A DNA stretch of 64,000 bases from an uncultured Collinsella sp. (GCA_900549715.1 URPK01000008.1:23174-87173); one strand, 5' to 3'. Shown: positions 1-13,893, numbered from the stretch's first letter. Made by a program: numbers and translations. Notes: generated from the sequence alone by a model not told the origin.

Positions 1-264
1 CAACGCATCCTGCCAACCACCACAAAGGTGCCTGTCCTCTTTGTGGTGGTATGGACCATGTGGACGAAACAGCTTCGAAACACGCGATTTGTACGTCGGG
101 TGCTCAAAAACGCTTCTACCTGCATCGTAATCAAAACGAAACATCTGCTCGTCGGCTTATGCGAAACTTTGCTGCAACAGTGCGATATTATCCATACTCG
201 ATAAAGCTCGCGGCGCATGGGGCGCCGCGAACGACACCTTTCTTTTCCATCAATTGGAGGAAGC

Positions 265-1620
265 ATGAGCTACACGCAGAAAGTTCTCGACGAGCTCAAG
301 GCCCGCTATCCCGAGCAGCCTGAGTTCATCCAGGCCGCGACCGAGATCCTCGGCACCATCCAGCCGGCGCTCGACGCCCATCCCGAGTACGAGGAGGCCG
401 CCCTGCTTGAGCGCCTCGTCGAGCCCGAGCGCATCGTTATGTTCCGTGTCCCCTGGGTCGATGACCAGGGCAAGGTCCAGGTCAACCGCGGCTACCGCGT
501 CGAGTTCAACTCTGCCATTGGACCCTACAAGGGCGGCCTGCGCTTTAACCCGACGGTCACCCTTGGCATGCTCAAGTTCCTGGGCTTGGAGCAGATCCTC
601 AAGAACAGCCTGACCACCCTTCCCATGGGCGGCGGCAAGGGCGGCTCCGACTTTGACCCCAAGGGCAAGTCCAACAACGAGATAATGCACTTCTGCCAGT
701 CCTTCATGACCGAGCTCTATCGCCATATTGGCCCCAACACCGACGTTCCCGCCGGCGACCTGGGCGTTGGCAGCCGCGAGGTTGCCTACATGTTCGGTCA
801 GTACAAGCGCCTGACCAACGAGTGGACCGGCGTCCTTACCGGCAAGGGCCTCTCCTTTGGCGGCTCGCTCGCCCGTACCGAGGCCACCGGCTACGGTCTG
901 GTCTACTTTGTGGACGAGTACCTCAAGAGCCGCGGTGAGTCCTTCGAGGGCAAGAATGTCGTCGTTCACGGCTCCGGTAACGTCGCCATCTACGCGGTCC
1001 AGAAGGTCGCCCAGCTCGGCGGCAAGGTGCTGGCCTGCTCCGATACCCACGGCTGGGTCGAGGATCCCGACGGCATCGACTACTCCGTGCTCGAGCACGT
1101 CTACAACCAGAAGCGCTCCGGCCACGACAAGGGCGTCACGCTCGCCATGTACGTTGACGAGAAGCCCGGTGCCGTGTGGCACGAGGGCGACGGCCGCGGC
1201 GTGTGGCAGCTGCCCTGCGACATCGCGCTGCCCTGCGCTCGCGAGAACACGCTGCTGCTCGAGGACGCCCAGGCGCTCGTCGCCAATGGCTGCAAGGTGG
1301 TCGGCGAGGGCGCGAACATGCCCACGACCATCGAGGCCACGACCTACTTCCAGGAGAACGGCGTCGCCTTTATGCCCGGTAAGGCTGCCAACGCCGGCGG
1401 CGTGCTCGTGTCCGGCCTCGAGATGAGCCAGAACGCCGAGCACCTGTCCTGGACCTTCGAGGAGGTCGACGGCAAGCTCGAGCAGCTCATGCGCGGCATG
1501 TTCCACAACGTGGACGACACCGCCAAGGAGTATGGCCAGGAGGGCAACTTTGTCATGGGCGCCAACATCGCCGGCTTTCTGAAGGTCGCCGACGCCATGC
1601 TCGCTCAGGGCGTCTGCTAA
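265..1620 (+). CDS. gdhA: NADP-specific glutamate dehydrogenase
   Basis: GPYKGGLRF, GGGKGG, DVPAGD, GSGNVA and EGANMP motifs; GGAGG RBS before ATG at 265. Confidence 0.96.
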   Translation: MSYTQKVLDELKARYPEQPEFIQAATEILGTIQPALDAHPEYEEAALLERLVEPERIVMFRVPWVDDQGKVQVNRGYRVEFNSAIGPYKGGLRFNPTVTLGMLKFLGLEQILKNSLTTLPMGGGKGGSDFDPKGKSNNEIMHFCQSFMTELYRHIGPNTDVPAGDLGVGSREVAYMFGQYKRLTNEWTGVLTGKGLSFGGSLARTEATGYGLVYFVDEYLKSRGESFEGKNVVVHGSGNVAIYAVQKVAQLGGKVLACSDTHGWVEDPDGIDYSVLEHVYNQKRSGHDKGVTLAMYVDEKPGAVWHEGDGRGVWQLPCDIALPCARENTLLLEDAQALVANGCKVVGEGANMPTTIEATTYFQENGVAFMPGKAANAGGVLVSGLEMSQNAEHLSWTFEEVDGKLEQLMRGMFHNVDDTAKEYGQEGNFVMGANIAGFLKVADAMLAQGVC

Positions 1621-1662
1621 ATTCAGCTTGACATAGCTCCGTACAGCACCCGCTGATGCGCT

Positions 1663-1696
1663 AAGGCTCCCGACCATATCGGCCGGGAGCCTTTTT
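1663..1696 (+). terminator. Intrinsic terminator after gdhA
   Basis: ggctcccgacc/ggccgggagcc stem followed by T tract. Confidence 0.75.
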
Positions 1697-1759
1697 CTAT
1701 GGTGGTGAGGGCCGTGCGCCCTCGTTTGGTACACTAGAGGAAACTGGACAAGTGAAGAG

Positions 1760-2674
1760 ATGGGGGAGAACGTGCTCAAGTTCGGTACCTACGTCCGTGT
1801 TGGAAACGCGGCCGAAGCCTATGAGCTCTTACAGAAGAACCGCAACAACAAGATTGTGGGCGGCGGCATCTGGATGCGTCTGGGTTCGCGTCGCGTGGCG
1901 ACGGCGATTGACCTTTCGGCCTGCGGACTCGATCAGATCGAGGAGACCGAGACCGAGTTTCGCATCGGTGCCATGTGCACCCTGCGCCAGCTCGAGCGCC
2001 ATGCCGAGCTCAACGCGCTCGTCAACAACGTATTTGAGTTTGCCGTTCACGACATCGTGGGCGTGCAGCTTCGCAATACCGCCACGGTGGGCGGCAGCAT
2101 CTATGGCCGCTTTGGCTTCTCGGACGTTCTCTCCGCCTTCCTCGCGCTCGACTCTTACGTTGAGCTGACGGGTGCCGGCCGTGTGCCGCTCGCCGAGTTC
2201 GTGGACATGGGCTATGTGCGCGACGTGATCGAGCACGTCGTGGTCGTCAAGCACGATTACCGCGCGAGCTACGAGGCCGTGCGCAAGGCTGCGACCGACT
2301 TCCCCTCGCTCAACGTCACCGCCGCCTGGTGGGACAACACCTGGCATGTCACCGTGGGTGCCCGCCCGCTGCGTGCGACCCTGCTGCAGGGCGAGGCATG
2401 CGGCCTCGAGAGCGAACAGCCTTCCGAGGACGAACTGCGCGCCCTGGCCGCGTCCGTGCGCGCGCTGAGCTATGGCACCAACATGTGGGGCTCGGCCGAC
2501 TACCGCCGCCGCATCTCGGCGCCGCTGGCGATTCAGGCCGTGCGCCGCGCCGCCGGCATCGAGCTTTCGGCCGCGCTTGCCCGTGAGCTCGAGGGCGTGC
2601 AGATTCCCAAGCACGCCACGGACGAGTATTCCTGCCGCCGCGTGCCCGGCGTCGATTCTAGCGAGGTGCGCTAA
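1760..2674 (+). CDS. FAD-binding subunit of xanthine dehydrogenase/CoxM family molybdoenzyme
   Basis: IVGGG, RIGAMCTL and QLRNTATVGGS motifs; TAATG overlap with the next gene. Confidence 0.88.
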   Translation: MGENVLKFGTYVRVGNAAEAYELLQKNRNNKIVGGGIWMRLGSRRVATAIDLSACGLDQIEETETEFRIGAMCTLRQLERHAELNALVNNVFEFAVHDIVGVQLRNTATVGGSIYGRFGFSDVLSAFLALDSYVELTGAGRVPLAEFVDMGYVRDVIEHVVVVKHDYRASYEAVRKAATDFPSLNVTAAWWDNTWHVTVGARPLRATLLQGEACGLESEQPSEDELRALAASVRALSYGTNMWGSADYRRRISAPLAIQAVRRAAGIELSAALARELEGVQIPKHATDEYSCRRVPGVDSSEVR

Positions 2675-5505
2675 TGGCTGCCAAACTCATCGATCTTTCC
2701 TTTATGCTCAACGGTCGCAAGGTCAAGGTTCAGATTGCCCCCGACACCATGCTCTTTGCGCTGCTGCGCGAGCAGGGCTGCGCATCGGTACGCTGCGCCT
2801 GCGAAACCACCAACTGCGGCCTGTGCACGGTGTGGCTCGACGGCGACCCGGTGCTGAGCTGCTCGGTTCCCGCCGCGCGCGTCGAGGGCCATACCATCAC
2901 CACGCTCGAGGGTCTCAAGGCCGAGTCCGAGGCGCTCGCCCGCGCGATGGCCGCCGAAGGTGCTGAGCAGTGCGGTTTTTGTGCCCCCGGCCTCATCATG
3001 AACGTGCTGGCGCTCGCCCGCGCCGCCAAGGAGGACCCGACGCTCGTCGCCACGCGCGAGGAGCTCTCGCGCCAGCTCGCTGGCAATCTTTGCCGCTGCA
3101 GCGGCTACGAGAGCCAGCTGCGCGCCATCGTGCGCTTTCTCAACGAGTCCGGCGTGCAGGTGGGCTTTGAGATGCCCGAGCTGCCGGTCAACGACACCAG
3201 CTGCGACGGCGTCTCCTACAAGCAGATCACCCACAAGCAGCCCAAGAAGGACTCGAAGGCCCTGCTCGAGGGCCGTCCGGTCTACACGGGCGACCTGGTG
3301 CCCGCCGGCGCCCTGATCGTCAAGCTCAAGCGCAGCCCGTATGCCCGCGCCAAGATCCGCTCCATCGACACGTCGCGCGCCCTGAAGGTGCCCGGCGTGG
3401 TTGGCGTCTACACCTACGAGGACGTGCCCAAGCGCCGCTTTACCATCGCCGGCCAGAGCTATCCGCAGCCGAGTCCCTACGACCGCCTGATCCTCGAGAA
3501 CCTCGTGCGCTACCAAAACGAGGAGGTGGCGATCGTCGCCGCCGAGACCGAGGAGGCCGCCGACAAGGCGCTCAAGCTCATCAAGGTCGACTACGAGGTG
3601 CTCGAGCCCCTGCTCGACTTTACCCAGGCGCTCGATAACGACATCGTGGTCCACCCCGAGGGCGACGTGACCTTTATGTTCCCGCAGGGCGGCGATGTGC
3701 CCCGCAACCTGGTGTGCAGCGGTACCAGCGACTTTGGTGATCTGGACGAGGCCTTTGCCCAGAGCGACATCGTCTTTGAGCGCACCTACACCAGCCAGGC
3801 CACGCAGACCGCGCCCATGGAGACCTTCCGCGCCTTCGCGACGACCGACGCGTTCGGCCGCATCTCGGTGACCACCTCGACGCAGGTGCCCTTCCACGTG
3901 CGCCGCATGGTCGCGCAGTCGCTCGACATTCCGCAGTCGCAGGTGCAGGTCATTAAGCCGCGCATCGGCGGCGGCTTTGGCTCAAAGCAGACGGGCTGCT
4001 GCGAGATCTTCGTGGCGTTTGTGACGCAGCAGACCGGCCGTCCGAGCTACTGCTGCTACACCCGCGAGGAGACCATCACTGCGGGCAACTCGCGCCACCA
4101 GATGCAGATGACCGTTAAGCTGGGCGCCATGAACGACGGCACTATCACGGCCATCGACCTGTATACGCTGTCCAACGCCGGCGCGTACGGCGAGCATGCC
4201 ACCACGACGATCGGCCTCTCGGGCCATAAGAGCCTGCCCATCTACAACCACGTGAAGGCGAGCCGCTTTAGCTGGGACGCCGTCTACACCAATACCAACC
4301 GCGGCGGCGCGTATCGCGGCTACGGTGCCACCCAGGGCCAGTTTGCTGTGGAGAGCGCCGTCAACGAGCTCGCCGACATGCTGCACATGGACCCCGCCGA
4401 CCTGCGCCTTAAGAACATCGTGCGCGAGGGCGAGGTCATGCCGCAGTACTACAACGAGAAGCTCAACGCCTGCGCGCTCGACCGCTGCCTGCTGCGCGCG
4501 ATGGACATGATCGGCTGGCGCGATAAGCCGCTGGCCGTGGACCTGGGCGACCGCGTGCGCGCCCTGGGCTGCGCGCTCACCATGCAGGGCTCGGGCATCT
4601 CCAACGTGGACATTGCCGGCATCGACATGCGCCTGGAAGAGGACGGCTTCATTACCATCGGCACCGGCGCCACCGATAACGGTATGGGCGTCGACACGAT
4701 CCTGGCGCAGATTGCCGCCGAGGAGCTGGGCGTGGAGAGCTCGCTGATCGTGGTGCGCGGCGTGGACACCGACGTGTCGCCGTTCGACGCCGGCTCGTAC
4801 GCGAGCTCGGGTACGTACGTGACGGGCTTGGCAGCCAAGAACGCCGCGACCGAGCTGCGCCAGAAGATTTGCGCCAAGGCCGCCCAGATGTGGGATGTTG
4901 ACGTCGTCGACGTGGTCTTCGACGGCCAGTACGTGCGCCTGTCCGACGAGCGTGCTGCGCGCGAGCAGAACTGCTACCTCACGCTGCGCGACTTTGCCAA
5001 CCTGTGTGTCAAGAACATCGACGGCGGCGACGCGCTGACCTCGCACGCCTCTGCCTGCCTGCCCGTTTCGCCTCCGCCGTTTATGGCCGGCATTGCCGAG
5101 GTCGAGGTCGACAAGGCCACCGGCAAGGTGACCGTGGTGCACTACGCGGCGGCTGTGGACTGCGGCACCGTGATCAACGAGGCACTCGCGCGCGTCCAGG
5201 CCGAGGGCGGCATTGCCCAGGGTATCGGCCACGCGCTCTACGAGATCGTCGAGCACGATGACCGCGGCCGTCTGCGCACCGGTAACTTTATGAGCTACAA
5301 GTTGCCCACGCGCCTGGATATCGGCAGCATTCGCGTGGCCTTTGAGCCGAGCTACGAGCCGACGGGTCCGTTTGGCGCCAAGTCGATCGGCGAGGTCGTC
5401 ATCAACACGCCGCTCGCCGCTGTGGCATCGGCCGTGGCACACGCCACCGGCCATCAGGTCCGCTCGCTGCCGATCACACCCGAGAAGGCCCTGCTGGGGG
5501 AGTAG
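2674..5505 (+). CDS. Xanthine dehydrogenase/aldehyde oxidoreductase family molybdopterin subunit with fused N-terminal 2x[2Fe-2S] domain
   Basis: CxxxxCGxC, QCGFC and GNLCRC Fe-S motifs; IGGGFG, YRGYG and catalytic KSIGE motifs. Confidence 0.92.
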   Translation: MAAKLIDLSFMLNGRKVKVQIAPDTMLFALLREQGCASVRCACETTNCGLCTVWLDGDPVLSCSVPAARVEGHTITTLEGLKAESEALARAMAAEGAEQCGFCAPGLIMNVLALARAAKEDPTLVATREELSRQLAGNLCRCSGYESQLRAIVRFLNESGVQVGFEMPELPVNDTSCDGVSYKQITHKQPKKDSKALLEGRPVYTGDLVPAGALIVKLKRSPYARAKIRSIDTSRALKVPGVVGVYTYEDVPKRRFTIAGQSYPQPSPYDRLILENLVRYQNEEVAIVAAETEEAADKALKLIKVDYEVLEPLLDFTQALDNDIVVHPEGDVTFMFPQGGDVPRNLVCSGTSDFGDLDEAFAQSDIVFERTYTSQATQTAPMETFRAFATTDAFGRISVTTSTQVPFHVRRMVAQSLDIPQSQVQVIKPRIGGGFGSKQTGCCEIFVAFVTQQTGRPSYCCYTREETITAGNSRHQMQMTVKLGAMNDGTITAIDLYTLSNAGAYGEHATTTIGLSGHKSLPIYNHVKASRFSWDAVYTNTNRGGAYRGYGATQGQFAVESAVNELADMLHMDPADLRLKNIVREGEVMPQYYNEKLNACALDRCLLRAMDMIGWRDKPLAVDLGDRVRALGCALTMQGSGISNVDIAGIDMRLEEDGFITIGTGATDNGMGVDTILAQIAAEELGVESSLIVVRGVDTDVSPFDAGSYASSGTYVTGLAAKNAATELRQKICAKAAQMWDVDVVDVVFDGQYVRLSDERAAREQNCYLTLRDFANLCVKNIDGGDALTSHASACLPVSPPPFMAGIAEVEVDKATGKVTVVHYAAAVDCGTVINEALARVQAEGGIAQGIGHALYEIVEHDDRGRLRTGNFMSYKLPTRLDIGSIRVAFEPSYEPTGPFGAKSIGEVVINTPLAAVASAVAHATGHQVRSLPITPEKALLGE

Positions 5506-5645
5506 CGGGTCAACGAACAAGTCGTAGTTGGCGGGACGGGACAACTCGCCCCGCCTTTTGCGCTCGTGGTGAGGTCGTGAGCCTGTAAAACGTGTGCGTG
5601 CGCTTGTCGTTCGTATCTGCTATCATTCCTAGTCTGTGCGCTCAT

Positions 5646-5729
5646 GCGGGCGTGGCGGAATTGGTAGACGCGCCAGATTTAGGTTCTGGTGGGATTCCCG
5701 TGAAGGTTCGAGTCCTTTCGCCCGCACCA
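5646..5729 (+). tRNA. tRNA-Leu (anticodon TAG)
   Basis: Acceptor stem GCGGGCG/CGCCCGC, D-loop TGGTAGA, anticodon arm CCAGA-TTTAGGT-TCTGG, long variable arm, GTTCGAGTC, encoded CCA. Confidence 0.96.
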
Positions 5730-5817
5730 TCGCACCTGCGTCGGCTTCGGCCGTCGCGACTCTTTGTTGCATAAAGGTACCAGCACCTCAGATAAGCTGG
5801 GCAGTATGAGGAGGAAC

Positions 5818-7119
5818 GTGTTGAACATCACCGCTTCTGACGTCAAGGACGCCAAGCTCACCGCTACGGTCACCATCCCGGCCGCCGACGTCGACGCCGC
5901 GATCAAGAAGGCCTACAAGGACACCGCCAAGAAGTACCGCTTCCCGGGCTTCCGTGCCGGTAAGGCTCCCCGTCCGGTCATCGACTCCGCTCTTGGCGCC
6001 GAGGCTACCATCGCTCAGGCCACCAACGACCTGATCGCCGCCAACGAGCCCGCTGTCCTCAACGAGCTGGACATCGTCCCCACCAAGAACGGTGACTACA
6101 AGGAGCTCGACCTCGCCAAGGATCACGAGGACTACACCTACACCGTTGAGTTCTCTCTGCGTCCTGCTGCTGAGCTCTCCTCCTTCGACGCTGTCGAGAT
6201 CGAGATGCCCCCTGCGGAGGTCACCGAGTCCGAGATCAACAACCAGGTCGAGATGCTCCTCAACTACCGTGCCACCTTCGAGGACGTCGAGGGTCGCGCC
6301 GTCGAGGCTGACGACTATGTGACCGTCGACCTCAAGGCAGTCGAGAACGCCGACAACTTTGCCGCCGAGGGTCGCATGCTCATCGCCGGTAGCGACAGCA
6401 ACCCCAAGGAGTTCAACGAGGCCCTGATCGGCGCTAACGTTGACGACGTCAAGACCGTCACCTGGACCGACGAGGTCGAGGAGGGCGAGGAGGCCGAGAC
6501 CCACACCGTCGAGGTCACCGTCAAGGGCATCAAGGTCCGCAACACCCCCGAGCTCACCGACGAGCTTGTCAAGTCCGACTTCGGCTTCGACAGCATCGAC
6601 GCCATGCGCAACGCCATCAAGATCGAGATCGAGCAGGACAAGGCTTCCCGCCTGCCGGCCGAGAAGGAGAACCGTTGCGTCTCCGCTCTCGCCGAGCGTC
6701 TGCAGCTCGACGAGATGGACGCCGACTACGAGCAGTCCGTCTTTGAGGAGCTTGGCCAGAACTTCCTGTCCAACCTCGCTGCCCGCGGCATGACGCTGGA
6801 CACCTGGCTGCCCGCTTCCGGCCTGACCATGGAGCAGTTCATCGGCGACCTGCATAAGCAGGCCAACGACGTTGCCCGTGAGTCCCTGGCTCTGGACGCC
6901 CTCGCCCGTGAGCTCAAGATTGAGGTCACCGAGGACGACATCAACGCCGAGTTCGAGAAGGCCGGCGTCAAGGACGTCGAGGCTTCCAAGGCCGAGTTCA
7001 TCGCCGATGGCCGTATGCCTGCCGTCCGCGAGTCCATCCGTCGCTCCAAGGCCGTCGATCACCTGGTCGAGAACGCCAAGGTGACCGAGGTCGACGAGAC
7101 CGCCAAGGACGCCGAGTAA
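5818..7119 (+). CDS. tig: Trigger factor
   Basis: PGFRAGKAP ribosome-binding motif; tig-clpP-clpX synteny; start GTG 5818 or TTG 5821 after GAGGAGG. Confidence 0.93.
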   Translation: MLNITASDVKDAKLTATVTIPAADVDAAIKKAYKDTAKKYRFPGFRAGKAPRPVIDSALGAEATIAQATNDLIAANEPAVLNELDIVPTKNGDYKELDLAKDHEDYTYTVEFSLRPAAELSSFDAVEIEMPPAEVTESEINNQVEMLLNYRATFEDVEGRAVEADDYVTVDLKAVENADNFAAEGRMLIAGSDSNPKEFNEALIGANVDDVKTVTWTDEVEEGEEAETHTVEVTVKGIKVRNTPELTDELVKSDFGFDSIDAMRNAIKIEIEQDKASRLPAEKENRCVSALAERLQLDEMDADYEQSVFEELGQNFLSNLAARGMTLDTWLPASGLTMEQFIGDLHKQANDVARESLALDALARELKIEVTEDDINAEFEKAGVKDVEASKAEFIADGRMPAVRESIRRSKAVDHLVENAKVTEVDETAKDAE

Positions 7120-7282
7120 TTCTCGCCACCTTGTCCACGAGCGCATGCATGCGCCCGTGATGGGGTAAAGTTATAAGCCGGTTATCCGGTTGCTTCGTAC
7201 GGTGCCAGCCAATGCATAGCATGCGGGCACCGTACGTTTATCTAGAACCAATTTGGTCCGCAAGAGAGAAATGGAGATGCGT

Positions 7283-7903
7283 ATGATCGCCAAGTTCGAT
7301 TCCGCCCTCGTGCCATACGTTATCGAGCAGACGCCGCGCGGCGAGCGCAGCTACGATATCTATTCGCGCCTGCTCAACGACCGCATCATCTTCTTGGGCG
7401 AGGAGATCAACTCCGTCAGCGCCAACCTGGTCGTTGCCCAGCTGCTGCATCTTGAGAGCCAGGATGCCGAGAAGGATATCTCGCTCTACATCAATTCACC
7501 CGGTGGTGAGGTCTACTCCGGCCTGGCGATTCTGGACACCATGAACTTTATCAAGCCGCAGGTCTCCACCATTTGCGTGGGCATGGCCGCGTCCATGGCC
7601 GCCGTGCTGCTTTCGGCCGGCGCCAAGGGCAAGCGCTTCTGCCTGCCGCACTCCAAGGTCATGATTCACCAGCCCAGCGGCGGTGCCCAGGGTCAGCAGA
7701 CCGAGATCGAGATCGTGGCCGAGGAGATTAAGAAGACCCGTCGCGAGCTCAACCAGATCCTGTCCGATGCTTCGGGCCAGCCCATCGAGAAGGTCCAAGC
7801 CGATACCGAGCGCGACAACTACCTGACCGCTGCCGAGGCCCTCGACTACGGCCTGATCGACCGTATCGTCACCTCGCGCGACTTGGCCGCGAAGGAAGCC
7901 TAG
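7283..7903 (+). CDS. clpP: ATP-dependent Clp protease proteolytic subunit
   Basis: [19 protein letters not shown] (catalytic Ser) and MIHQP motifs; start inferred from the RBS. Confidence 0.96.
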   Translation: MIAKFDSALVPYVIEQTPRGERSYDIYSRLLNDRIIFLGEEINSVSANLVVAQLLHLESQDAEKDISLYINSPGGEVYSGLAILDTMNFIKPQVSTICVGMAASMAAVLLSAGAKGKRFCLPHSKVMIHQPSGGAQGQQTEIEIVAEEIKKTRRELNQILSDASGQPIEKVQADTERDNYLTAAEALDYGLIDRIVTSRDLAAKEA

Positions 7904-7904
7904 G

Positions 7905-9314
7905 ATGGCCGGTAACATGCAGGACAACTTTGACGAGAACGGCAACCCCATCCGCTGCTCCTTCTGCGGAAAAGAGCAGGGCCAGGTGCGCCGCCTTGTA
8001 AAGGGCCCGACCAACATCTTTATCTGCGACGAGTGCGTCGCCGCCTGCTCCGAGATCTTGGAGGAGTCGCTGGCATCGGACTTTATGGACGCTGCCCGTA
8101 ACGGCAAGCTGCCGGGCTTTCTTAACGACCACGGTCAGGCTGCGACTCAGCCTGCCATGGATCCCGAGGCCGAGGGCTTTGAGCTCGAGGACGACGCCCG
8201 CCAGGTTATTACGCACGTGCCGACGCCGCACGAGATTTATGCCGAGCTTTCGGCCTATGTCATGGGCCAGGAGGACGCCAAGCGCGCCATGTCGGTGGCC
8301 GTCTATAACCACTACCGCCGCGTGATCGAGGGTGGCGCTGCGCTTTCGGCCTTTGATGACGGCTTTGATTCGCAGTTTGACGACGATATGGACGAGGTGG
8401 AGCTCGCCAAGTCCAACATTTTGCTACTCGGTCCCACCGGTACCGGTAAGACCCTGCTCGCCCAGACGCTCGCGCGCATCCTCGAGGTGCCGTTTGCCAT
8501 CGCCGACGCCACCGCGCTCACCGAGGCCGGTTACGTAGGTGAGGACGTGGAGAACATCCTGCTCAAGCTCATTAACGCCGCCGATGGCGATATCGAGCGC
8601 GCGCAGGTTGGCATAATCTATGTGGACGAGATCGACAAGATCGCTCGCAAGGCCGAGAACCTCTCCATCACCCGCGATGTCTCGGGCGAGGGCGTTCAGC
8701 AGGCGCTGCTTAAGATCCTTGAGGGTACGGTGGCAAGCGTTCCGCCCACCGGCGGCCGCAAGCATCCCCAGCAGGAGCTGCTGCAGATCGACACGACCAA
8801 CATCCTGTTTATCTGCGGCGGTGCCTTTGTGGGCCTGGACAAGATCATCGCCGATCGCGTGGGCAACAAGGGCGTGGGCTTTAACTCCGAGATTGCCGGC
8901 CCCACCTCGGTCGACGAGAACGACCTGCTGCGTCAGGTCCTCCCGCAGGATCTTAACGCTTTTGGCATGATCCCCGAGTTCGTGGGACGTACGCCCGTCG
9001 TCACTCAGACGCAGGCGCTCGACGAGGACGACCTGGTGTCGATCCTAACCGAGCCCAAGAACGCCGTGGTACGACAGTACCGCAAGATGTTCCAGCTCGA
9101 GGACGTTGAGCTGGAGTTTGAGGACGCCGCCCTGCACGAGATCGCCCGCATGGCGCTCGCCCGCAAGACCGGCGCCCGCGGCCTGCGTTCCATCTGCGAG
9201 GACGTGCTGCAGCAGACGATGTTCGACCTCCCCAGCGAGGAGGGCGTCGCCAAGGTTGTCGTAACCGAAGCCTCCGTAAAGGGTGAAGAACAGCCCCAAC
9301 GCATCTACGGCTAA
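7905..9314 (+). CDS. clpX: Clp protease ATP-binding subunit ClpX
   Basis: CSFC..CDEC zinc finger, [35 protein letters not shown]. Confidence 0.97.
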   Translation: MAGNMQDNFDENGNPIRCSFCGKEQGQVRRLVKGPTNIFICDECVAACSEILEESLASDFMDAARNGKLPGFLNDHGQAATQPAMDPEAEGFELEDDARQVITHVPTPHEIYAELSAYVMGQEDAKRAMSVAVYNHYRRVIEGGAALSAFDDGFDSQFDDDMDEVELAKSNILLLGPTGTGKTLLAQTLARILEVPFAIADATALTEAGYVGEDVENILLKLINAADGDIERAQVGIIYVDEIDKIARKAENLSITRDVSGEGVQQALLKILEGTVASVPPTGGRKHPQQELLQIDTTNILFICGGAFVGLDKIIADRVGNKGVGFNSEIAGPTSVDENDLLRQVLPQDLNAFGMIPEFVGRTPVVTQTQALDEDDLVSILTEPKNAVVRQYRKMFQLEDVELEFEDAALHEIARMALARKTGARGLRSICEDVLQQTMFDLPSEEGVAKVVVTEASVKGEEQPQRIYG

Positions 9315-9335
9315 ACCAGCCAAAAACGTGCTTGC

Positions 9336-9373
9336 AAATAGCCTCCGACCACCTGCGGTCGGAGGCTATTTTA
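9336..9373 (+). terminator. Intrinsic (possibly bidirectional) terminator after clpX
   Basis: aaatagcctccgacc/ggtcggaggctattt stem. Confidence 0.75.
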
Positions 9374-9525
9374 TATATACGCAAAACACCCAACTACCTG
9401 TGTTATTCTGTGTGTTTGTTTAAGCCTCAGCGAAGTCATATCAGACTGAAGTAATCGATACCTAAGGGGAGGAATGCAGACCCTAGCGGGCCTACATTCC
9501 TCCCCGACGGGCAAGGGAGAGATAT

Positions 9526-12222
<2,697 letters not shown>

Positions 12223-12453
12223 GCGGTACTGGGGGACGCGGTTTAGGGCTTTGCTCGCTACTGCGGACACCTATTCCGCCGTTCTAACGAACGGCGGCTG
12301 ACTCGACGCTGCAAACGCCTCTGATGGCCAATCTGCCGTTCAACTTCGGGCGCATGGGCATAAGCCCTATGCGCCCTTGTTTCACGGCACCTTGGCTCAT
12401 CAGAGGCGTTTTCGCTGACTATCCTCAACCTATACTGTTTTATTTTTCTATGA

Positions 12454-13812
12454 ATGGCGGTTCTAAAAATGCCTAAGCGTTCCGGCTTGTATACCGTTCC
12501 TTTTGAGTTTGATTTGCTTTCGTTTGGTGAGGCTGTTGGGCTGGCTGCTGATACGGGGCGGATTTCTGGGGATGCTGGTCCTCTGCTTGAGACGGTTGTC
12601 GATATGCTCGATGAGCTGGGACGTCCGGACGAGTATTTTGATTGCATTCAGGTTGCCGGCACCAATGGCAAGACTTCGACCACGCGTTTTTCGGCTGCCA
12701 TCCTTCGTGGCGAGGGGTTAAAGACCGCGCTGTATACGTCGCCGCAGCTTGTGCGCTATCCCGAGCGCATGGAGGTTGACGGGCGCGTTGTGAGCGATGA
12801 GGCCTTTGCCCGTGGCGTTTCTGCTGCTGTTGAGGCGGGACATCGCGTGAATGCCCGTCGTGTGGCGGCGGGGGAGCGTGCCTATTCCATCACACCGTTT
12901 GACCTGCTGACGGCTGCCGCACTTGTAGTGTTTGCCGAGGCCGCGGTGGATGTTGCCGTGCTTGAGGTTGGCATGGGCGGGCGTTGGGACGCCACGAGTG
13001 CGACCGATCCCGTTGCCGTTGCCATTACGGGCATTGGGCTCGATCACACGCGTATTTTAGGCGACACGCTCGAGGCCATTGCGGGGGAGAAGGCTGCGGT
13101 CATTAAGCTCGGGCGCCTGGTTGTACTGGGCGAGGGCACGCACGAGGCGAGCGTTCAGCGCGTGATGGATGCGCGTTGTCGCGAGTGCGGCGTCGTTCCG
13201 CTCGTGGTGAGCCACGCCACGACTAAGGTGCCGGCGCATGTGGGCGACACGGTTGAGTTTAGCTGCACCACGCCGCGCGCGATCTATACGTCGGGCATGG
13301 TGAAGCCGGCATATCAGCCGCAGAATGCCGCGTGCGCGATTATGCTGTGTGAGGGCTATCTGGGCCGCGAGCTCGACCATGACAAGCTCGATGCGTCGCT
13401 TATGGGCTGTCCCACGCCGGGTCGATTTGATGTGCTGGGGACCGATCCTCTCAAGCTGATCGACGCCTGCCATAACCCTCAGAGCTGCGAGAACTTTGTG
13501 AGCGCGCTGGACGAGATCGATCCGTGCGTGGAGAATCGCCCCACGCTGCTGTGTGCCGCGCTGGCCGATAAGGACGTGGCGGGTATCGTTGACGTTCTGG
13601 TTCCGGCGTTCCCCCGCGTGGTCGTAACCCAGACCGATTCCGATCGCGCCTTGCCCGCACAGGAGCTTGCCTCCCTGGTGGACGCCGACAAGCTCGCGGT
13701 CGTGTACCCCAGCGTATCCGAGGCCCTCGCGGCTTTCGATGCCGCGGGCGAGCCTTTCGTAGCAGCCGGTACCATCACCCTAGCCGGCGAAGTAGCGGGG
13801 CTGCTCCGTTAA
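12454..13812 (+). CDS. folC: Folylpolyglutamate synthase/dihydrofolate synthase
   Basis: VAGTNGKTST, LYTSP, LEVGMGGRWDAT and DACHNP motifs; valS-folC synteny. Confidence 0.9.
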   Translation: MAVLKMPKRSGLYTVPFEFDLLSFGEAVGLAADTGRISGDAGPLLETVVDMLDELGRPDEYFDCIQVAGTNGKTSTTRFSAAILRGEGLKTALYTSPQLVRYPERMEVDGRVVSDEAFARGVSAAVEAGHRVNARRVAAGERAYSITPFDLLTAAALVVFAEAAVDVAVLEVGMGGRWDATSATDPVAVAITGIGLDHTRILGDTLEAIAGEKAAVIKLGRLVVLGEGTHEASVQRVMDARCRECGVVPLVVSHATTKVPAHVGDTVEFSCTTPRAIYTSGMVKPAYQPQNAACAIMLCEGYLGRELDHDKLDASLMGCPTPGRFDVLGTDPLKLIDACHNPQSCENFVSALDEIDPCVENRPTLLCAALADKDVAGIVDVLVPAFPRVVVTQTDSDRALPAQELASLVDADKLAVVYPSVSEALAAFDAAGEPFVAAGTITLAGEVAGLLR

Positions 13813-13826
13813 CCCATCCCCTCATC

Positions 13827-13893
13827 AGTTGCGGTGAAATACGGACTGTTTTACAAGCCAGAAGCCTCAAACGGTCCGTATATCACCGCAACT
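13827..13893. repeat. 25-bp-arm imperfect inverted repeat
   Basis: agttgcggtgaaatacggactgttt / aaacggtccgtatatcaccgcaact (23/25 complementary), 17-bp loop. Confidence 0.85.

Noticed and set aside
5646..5760. Integrative element at tRNA-Leu
   Set aside because: No integrase and no duplicated tRNA 3' end seen; tig follows directly.
9380..9525. T-box riboswitches upstream of valS, thrS or leuS
   Set aside because: No GGTGGNACC T-box sequence or specifier stem recognised by eye.
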